Positions 56,990-64,000 of a DNA stretch of 64,000 nucleotides are shown in pieces. How positions within the stretch are numbered: the stretch's first letter is position 1; every line of letters begins with the position of its first letter. The stretch lies in the NCBI GenBank assembly GCA_964016885.1, contig OZ024741.1, positions 332,692,001-332,756,000 on the forward strand, written 5' to 3'. This DNA is from Eledone cirrhosa. Lineage: Eukaryota. A program made the translations under genes and the position numbers. Under the pieces are notes generated by a model. It did no database searches. It had not been told where the DNA came from and saw only the letters and a list, made by a program, of their open reading frames with translations.

Positions 56990-57492
56990 TGTTGTTGTTG
57001 CTGGTGGTGGTGGTGGTGGTGGTGGTGGTGGTGGTGGTGGTGTTGGTGGTGGTGGTGGTGGTGGTGGTGGTGGTGTTGGTGGACAGTGGTGGTGTTGGTG
57101 GACAGTGGTGGTGTTGGTGGACGGTGGTGGTGTTGGTGGTTTGTGGTGGTGTTGGTGGATGGTGGTGGTGTTGGTGGATGGTGGTGGTGTTGGTGGACAG
57201 TGGTGGTGTTGGTGGACAGTGGTGGTGTTGGTGGACAGTGGTGGTTTTGGTGGACGGTGGTGGTGTTGGTGGTTTGTGGTGGTGTTGGTGGATGGTGGTG
57301 GTGTTGGTGGACAGTGGTGGTGTTGGTGGACGGTGGTGATGTTGGTGGATGGTGTTGGTGGATGGTGGTGGTGTTGGTGGATGGTGATAATGGTGGTGTT
57401 GGTGGAAGGTGGTGGTGGTGGTGGATGGTGGTGGTGTTGGTGGATGGTGGAGATGGTGGACAATAGTACTGGTGGAGAGTGGTGGTGTTGGT
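56990..57492 (+). repeat. (GGT)n-derived 18-bp minisatellite
   Basis: ggtggtgttggtggacag-type units. Confidence 0.9.
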
Positions 57493-57702
57493 AATACTGG
57501 ATGTTGACATGCAGGGCAGTTGGCTGTGATGTATGCTAACAATATCAATGAATGAAATAATGCTAATTGGTAGCTTATTTCCTCTTAGGAAGAAAGATAA
57601 CAATATATAATAATACATATTTTACACAGCTTCGGGTAAGAAACTCTACAACAATGTACATGTCTCACCTTACTGGTTTTACTATAACTGTGCATAGTTA
57701 TA

Positions 57703-58028
57703 CAGTGGAACCTCACAAACACCTCTCTTCATCAACTCATCAGTTCACGAATGTCTCTCATCATCAACAGTTTGGTTCATGAACAATTTTTCCAAATATA
57801 AAACATCTCAGGTTATGAATGGTGTCTCGAGTAATGGACATGCAAGCCAGCAACAACAGTTGAAGACAAGCTGGGAGTATCGGTGAGAAAGCATCACTTC
57901 CTGTGTAGTTAGTTACTGTAGTGATATCTATCTGTCTTTCACACACAGTCTCTCTCACTGTATTTCCTATATGAAAAATAGTTTCGGCTTTCAGGAATAA
58001 ATTAAGTTTATGAGTCAAGTTTCCACTA
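57703..58028. mobile_element. Tigger/pogo-like MITE
   Basis: TA-CAGTGGAACCTC ... CAAGTTTCCACTA-TA. Confidence 0.65.
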
Positions 58029-58038
58029 TACTATGATA

Positions 58039-58236
58039 TAAGGGTCAGCTGAAAAGTTCATAGGCTGACCAAGATACTCTCATGGAATGACCAAATGAGA
58101 TTTATTTTTCAACGTAATCCATGGAAGGAAACAAAGCAGTTATTAATAAGAAGAGTTGAAACTAATGCATGCAAGATTTCACAGCTCTAGTGTCACTCCT
58201 TTATAGTCGGCTTCAGAACTATTCAGCTAACCTTCG
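58039..58236. mobile_element. mariner-like MITE
   Basis: TA-TAAGGGTCAGCTGAAAAGTTC ... GAACTATTCAGCTAACCTTCG-TA. Confidence 0.7.
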
Positions 58237-58409
58237 TAGAATATTGAAGGACGAAAGAATAGTTTTGTGATTAGTTCAGGTAAGACAAGAATAGGGAGGT
58301 TTAAAGGTAAATCCATGCCACTAGTCCCAAAAGCTTGTCCTCCCTCCCTGCTGGCTTCATTCAGAAACTGGATTTATTTTTATTAATTAGATAATTAGAT
58401 AATTAGATA

Positions 58410-58600
58410 AGGGCTGTGGTTTAGCAGTATTGGTAGAACGTCAGAAACTACGCCTTTCAACATAGAGTTATGGCCCTTTACGTTCTGAATTCAAATCCGC
58501 TGAGGTTAACTTTGCCTTTCATCCCTACGGGGTCGATAAAATAAAGTACCAGTAATGCACTGAAGTAATTGCTGGCCTTGTGCCAAAAGTAGAAACATTA
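58410..58600 (+). mobile_element. Meta-like SINE
   Basis: Homologous to 38423-38540, with head. Confidence 0.75.
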
Positions 58601-59242
58601 ATTAGATAATTAGATTAATCACATTTAAGCAAGATTGATTGATATATCTATGTGTATCCCATAAATACATACATGAGAGCTGCATCTCAATTACAAGAAT
58701 TACCATGACTTGATCCCTCTCTCACACATGAGTGGCACAAACATGACTGTTTAGCCCTGCCGGAAGCTACAAAAAGATTCAACAACAGAAACTTCTAGCT
58801 GTTTTAGTTTCCCTTGTTTCCTCTTTTCTTTTTTATTTTCTTATGAATAATCTGCCTCCCATTGGCCTTCAATATTTGGAATTTTATTTTTGTTATTTTA
58901 TTTTTTTCCCTCTTTTTCTTTTTTTTTTAGTTTTTAGTTTTGATAACATTTTCTTTTTATTACTTGTCTCACTAGCTCTTTTTGATTACCAACTGTAAAG
59001 AGTACGTGATACTTCCCCTAGTCTGTCATGGCTTACTAGCTCTATACGTACGTTTAAATTGAATAAATAAATAAATAAATAAATAAATGCTGCAGTGATG
59101 AACATTACTTCCACTTTGTTTCCCTGTTTTGTTTTGGTGAGAATTCAAATAATATTGAGGTCCACTGGGCAAGGCACATTGTTTTCCACACTTCCAGCTG
59201 GAAGAAATGCTAGAGACCATAACCGGCAACATTTTGTACACT

Positions 59243-59529
59243 GCTTAGCTCCGGCCGCTTCGACAGCTAGATCCGAACTAGCTGTCGAAATGGCCGGAGC
59301 TCAGCCATTGGGGTCCTGAATTTTTTCATAAAAACCACAGACCCTCCATCTCAACTCTGCTTTTGAAAAGCAGAAGAACTGCAAAACCGGTAAAAGAACC
59401 AAATAAATATATATTTAAAAAAAAAAAGACTCTAGTTGCATTTTCGATTTCATCTTTTTTCCTATACTTTCACTCGTGTAGGACACCTTGGTTATTTTTC
59501 ATTTTGTGAAAAAACCCTCACTTTCTAAT
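59243..59529 (+). mobile_element. Family D hairpin fused to family A arm plus tail
   Basis: 59243-59330 is a D-like fold-back. 59331-59529 matches 2586-2796; its hammerhead motif (59359-59396) has G12->A. Confidence 0.75.
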
Positions 59530-59614
<85 letters not shown>

Positions 59615-59623
59615 TATATATAT

Positions 59624-60340
59624 ATCATCATCACCGTTTTACGTCCGTTCTTCCACGCTAGCATGGGTTAGACGGGTTGTCCTGTTGTGGGCAGTGTCTG
59701 GTCGGCTGACCATGCCTTGCTCATACAGGAACTGATCTGGCTTGATTTCTACAGCTGGATGCCCTTCCTAACACCAACCTCATTTACAGTGAGTGCTGGG
59801 TGCTTTTTCGTGGCGCCTACACGTCCACTTTACAGTGTGGGCTGGGTGCTTTTTTGCCGTGGCACCTCCACGACCACCTTGCGGTGTGGGGGGGGGGGCA
59901 TATTGTTTATATGCTTCAGCATGTACCCATGGGAGGTCGGGTACCCTGTATTACTGCGTGACGCCAGAAGTCACGGTCGTGTGTCATTGACTTTGAGAGG
60001 TGTAGTTGGGTAAGGTCGGCTTTTATCACCTCATCCCAAGTCATCTTGGGTCTCCCCACTCCGCGGTTTCCATCAACTTCTAGTGCTCTGCACCTTTTTA
60101 TGCAGCTGTCATCCTTCATACGCATCACATGTCCATACCAGCGTAACCGCCTCTCCTGCACGCAGCATTTGATTCCTCTTATGCTCAGTCTCTCTCTCAA
60201 TTCATTTATGCTTTGTCGTTCACGTATATTACTGTTACACATCCATCGGAGCATGCAGGCTTCGTTTCTCTCTAATCTACGTAAGTCTTCCACCTTCAGC
60301 GCCCAGGTCTCACTACCATGCAACATCGCTGTTCGGATAC
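59624..60340 (-). mobile_element. 5'-truncated RTE LINE (family 1)
   Basis: ORF 59916-60326; 3'UTR. Confidence 0.95.
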
Positions 60341-60974
60341 AAAATCAGAAAGTAAGTAAATGAAGTTACATAAAGATAGTAAAAGACTGATTCCTACATT
60401 CTATACAACTGTTTCAGGGTGTAAGAGAAATAGTGCTATCATTAAATAATTGGCACCGTAAAGACAAAACAATCTCTCTTTAGTAGAATTTGTCTTACAA
60501 ACACATTAGAAATGACCAACTAGAATAGATTCAGTACAAAGTGTAAAAACACACGTAGAAGACATTTAACTATAGTAATACAGGCAGGCCAAGGGGATTG
60601 CTAGAAGTAGCAGCTAGTTAAGTCAAATAAATCAGCTTAACTAAATTTTAATGTTATGAGCCAAATTATTTATATTAACTATTTGATCAATACATAATAT
60701 AGTTTAAATGCTTTAACTTGAATGCAAACAAATTTACACCAAACACATACTATCCACGAACTCAGGCAATTACAAATTAGAATCTTACAATTAATCCCAC
60801 CCACTAGGCATATATACTACACATGACATAAAGTAAAATACAAATAGTTGTCCCAACTCCCCCAGTCAAATCACAACAAATTACTAGTATGGGGGTGACG
60901 AACATCACCAGGCTACAGGCGTTATATTACATAGTTTCTACATTGTGCTGCAGCGATTAGTACCCCACATTAGA

Positions 60975-61180
60975 TTGTCTCGCATGGCTTAGGGGTTAGA
61001 GAATTGGATTTGCAATCGTGGGGTGGTGAGTTCGATTCGGACGAGGGGATGTAGTATGTCCTTGAGTAAGACACTTAATTTCATGCTGCTCTTTCTGACA
61101 GGAGTTGCAATTGGAAAATATCAGTAACTGGAAAAACCAATGGAAACATTGTCTCCTTGATCCAATTGGTGAGTTCCATC
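60975..61180 (+). mobile_element. tRNA-head SINE with CORE-like box
   Basis: A-box-like TGGCTTAGGGG, B-box GAGTTCGATTC, then GTCCTTGAGTAAGACACTT. Confidence 0.65.
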
Positions 61181-61554
61181 GCACTTGGTAAGCTAATGAG
61201 GTCTGGGATCTTGTCGATCGTTTCAATCGATCAAGATTCACTCTTATTTATCGTAAAAGATAGACAGAAAAAGAAAGGGCTAGATGCAAGGGAAGCAACT
61301 TGTACTGGTTTATTTTGTAGACAGTGAATGAGTGAGTGCAAAAGTGCCAGACTAGACGTTTGTGTAAAAGACAAGCAGGACAGTTGTTTGTATTGGATAT
61401 GATACTGGGATAATTCAAGTGTGATATTGAAATAGTAGTGTGTCTGTGTGTCCGTCAATGAAAGACTTATAAATATTTGTGTGTCTGTGTGTTCGTCTGT
61501 AGAAATGTCACATGTATATGTGTGTTGTGTATGTTCATCTATAGAATATATATA

Positions 61555-61602
<48 letters not shown>

Positions 61603-62380
61603 GTATGTGTGTATGTATGTGTGTGTGTGTATGCGTTTGTCTGTGAGAGTGTATGTCTGAATATATATGTGTGTGTGTGAGTGTGTGTTTGACTGTATGT
61701 CTCAATGTGTTGGCATGTGTGTATTGGACTGCGTCTCACATATGCTTGTGTGTGCGTATTGGTCTGTGGAAATCTACATATGCTTGTATGTATGTATGTG
61801 TGTTGGTCTGTGTATGTTAAACATGCTTAAGTGTGTGTTCATATATGTATGTATAAACATGCTTGCATGTGTGTATGTGTGTTCGTCTGTGTATGTATAA
61901 ATGTGCTGGTGTGTACATATGTATGTGTGTGTGCCTACACATTTTTGTGTAAACTTGAGTGAGTAACTTTAGTCTTCTAGACTTTGTTGTCCATCAGACT
62001 GAAATAATATCAACCATCCTCTGGACCACATCCCTACTCACTATTAACATGGCAGAGTTGTCTACCTGCAGGAACAAGCCTTGCTAGTTGGAATGAATAT
62101 TCCAACGTTTTCACCCTTGCCTTCCTCTGGGGCAACATCATCACCTTTGCCATTCCCTGGGACCTCATCTTCTCCCTTGGACAACGTTTTCTTTATTTTG
62201 TCCACTGGTAATACGAGGAGGCACACCCATGGACTCCCACACACCAGAGAATGCTTCCTCACTCTGTCTGAGCATGCATCACTGGGGAAGCAATGCTGAG
62301 TCAGTCAACAGTAAAACAAAAACTGTCTGTTTATAAATATATAAAAATATACTCAATCATTGGATTTATATTCAAATGTA

Positions 62381-62568
62381 CAGTGAAATTCCATTATAAC
62401 GAAATTTACGGGGTATAAAAATAAATTTCTTGTAACGAAAAATACTTTATAATAAGATCTACGGAAATAAATCTAGTGTTTGTTTGTTACTACTTTGGGG
62501 ATTGAAAAAAATGTTGTTATACTGAAAAACTTGTTATAATGGTATTTGTTATAACGGAATTTTACCTG
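62381..62568. mobile_element. Tigger-like MITE
   Basis: TA-CAGTGAAATTCCATTATAAC ... GTTATAACGGAATTTTACCTG. Confidence 0.7.
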
Positions 62569-62879
62569 TTGTTCAAAATGAACCAATGGATGGTGAAACT
62601 GTCATGCATATTTAGGATGCATTTTAAGAATAATATTGACCCCAGTATTTCACTAGAAAAAAAAAGGAAACAAAAAGAAAACAAAATAAAAACAAGGTAA
62701 AGTGTCCTAAACTTCTGATGGGGTTGTAGCAGCACTGTCCTAACACACAACCTGTCTTGGGCATTTTTTGAAAACCTAGCAGAGCTCCTTTCTCTGTAGG
62801 TTGGAACATAATTGATTTCTTCGTGGGAAGAAAGAGAGAGAAAAAGTGATAAAGAGAGAAGAGAGATGGGAGATGAGAG

Positions 62880-63192
62880 ACCTTGACTCCAGTACTGGGC
62901 TGGTACTTCATCTATCGGCCTTGAAAGGAAGAAATGAAAAGTTGACCTTGATTGGGTTTGAACACAGAATGCAGTGAGCCAGAACAAATACCAAGGGATT
63001 TTTAATCTGATGCCTTAACAACTCTGACAATTTGCTGCCTTAATTTGCTGCTATTTATTTTATTCTATCAACCTCAGAAGAATAAAAGTCAGAGTTGACC
63101 TTTGCAGGGTTTGAACTCAGATTGTAAAGGGATGTAACTAAATACTGTAAACCATTTTGTATGACCCTTCTTCTACAGGTTCTGCCACCCCC
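62880..63192 (-). mobile_element. Two degenerate Meta-like SINE copies
   Basis: Homology to the other copies. Confidence 0.55.
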
Positions 63193-64000
63193 ACATTATA
63201 ATATGCATGAGTGTGTTTGTATGTTTGTGTGTGATTGTGAATGTGTTTGTATGTGATGTTTTCAGACAAGTCTCAGTGTTTTTGTGTATGCTGTTTGTGC
63301 ATATGTAAAAGAGAGAGAGTGTGTGTGCATGTGTGTAATTGAGCATGTGTGTGTATTAATGCATAGTGTGTGTGGGGTGGGTGGGGGGTGGGGGTCCTCT
63401 AGGCTTATAAGTATTTCTGACCTCCTCTTTCATCCCACTACAGCAAAAACAATTGACAGGTCCCCAGTCCCTGCAGGGTATCTAGGCTTCAGCTTAGCCA
63501 GCCTTATTAATAATACAGCCCAAGGAAGAGAATCTATGTTGTTTGTGCATGTGTGAAAGAGGGTGTATATGTGTTTGTGTGCATGCAACAGAGAGAGAAT
63601 GTGTGTATGTGTGTTAAAGAAAGAGAGAGAGTGTGTGTGTGCACATGTGTGAGAGAATGTGTATGATTGAGAGAATGTGTGCCTGTGTGAGAAAGAGTAT
63701 GTATATGTGTTTTAGAGTGAGAGAGAAAGAGAAAGGAAAAGCAGTAAATAACCTTCCTGTTTATTAAACAGGTGTAAGGCAGTGGACAAAAATACCTTGT
63801 GGTATTTGTTCCAGACATTTAAGTTCTATGTTCAAATCTCAATGAAGTCAACTTTGCTGTACTTTCTTCCAGAGTCGGTTAAGTCTTGTACTTCTTCTTC
63901 TTGGGATGGTTGCGGAGGCATAGTCTTCAAGCATGCCATCCTGTAGGTCCTGTCAGAAGCAATCATCCCCAATTTATCCAGCTAGATCTCTAAGCAAGAC

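Noticed and set aside
60975-61050. tRNA gene
   Set aside because: A/B-box-like head without a cloverleaf, continuing into a SINE body.
62040-62300. GC-richer island with open frames and AG/GT boundaries as a host exon
   Set aside because: No recognisable peptide in any frame and no partner exons; needs RNA-seq or BLASTX.

Overview
AT-rich, repeat-saturated eukaryotic non-coding DNA. The SINE and RTE families resemble those I recall from octopod cephalopods (inference). No host gene exon can be supported, and almost all long ORFs are translations of simple repeats. Contents: about 12 fragments of RTE-clade LINEs from at least four families (the longest ~3.1 kb with APE, RT and a PHD-like finger); two Penelope-like element (PLE) GIY-YIG relics; tRNA-type SINEs; several DNA-transposon MITEs; a Tc1/mariner fragment; and large mini- and microsatellites. 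Main observation: at least six sequence families of short asymmetric fold-back elements, mostly in (TA)n runs, share one architecture: (TA)n - short arm - loop - long arm - unpaired tail of ~35-95 nt - (TA)n. Three of these families carry minimal type-I hammerhead ribozyme motifs with a palindromic stem III, one being a U3-A8 core variant. One family is the terminal repeat of a GIY-YIG PLE in this window. Also notable: a junction at 19.3-19.5 kb stitched from short copies of three nearby loci, a conversion patch between two RTE copies 12 kb apart, and two twin-priming-like inverted LINE insertions. All ribozyme calls are by-eye motif folding and are untested.
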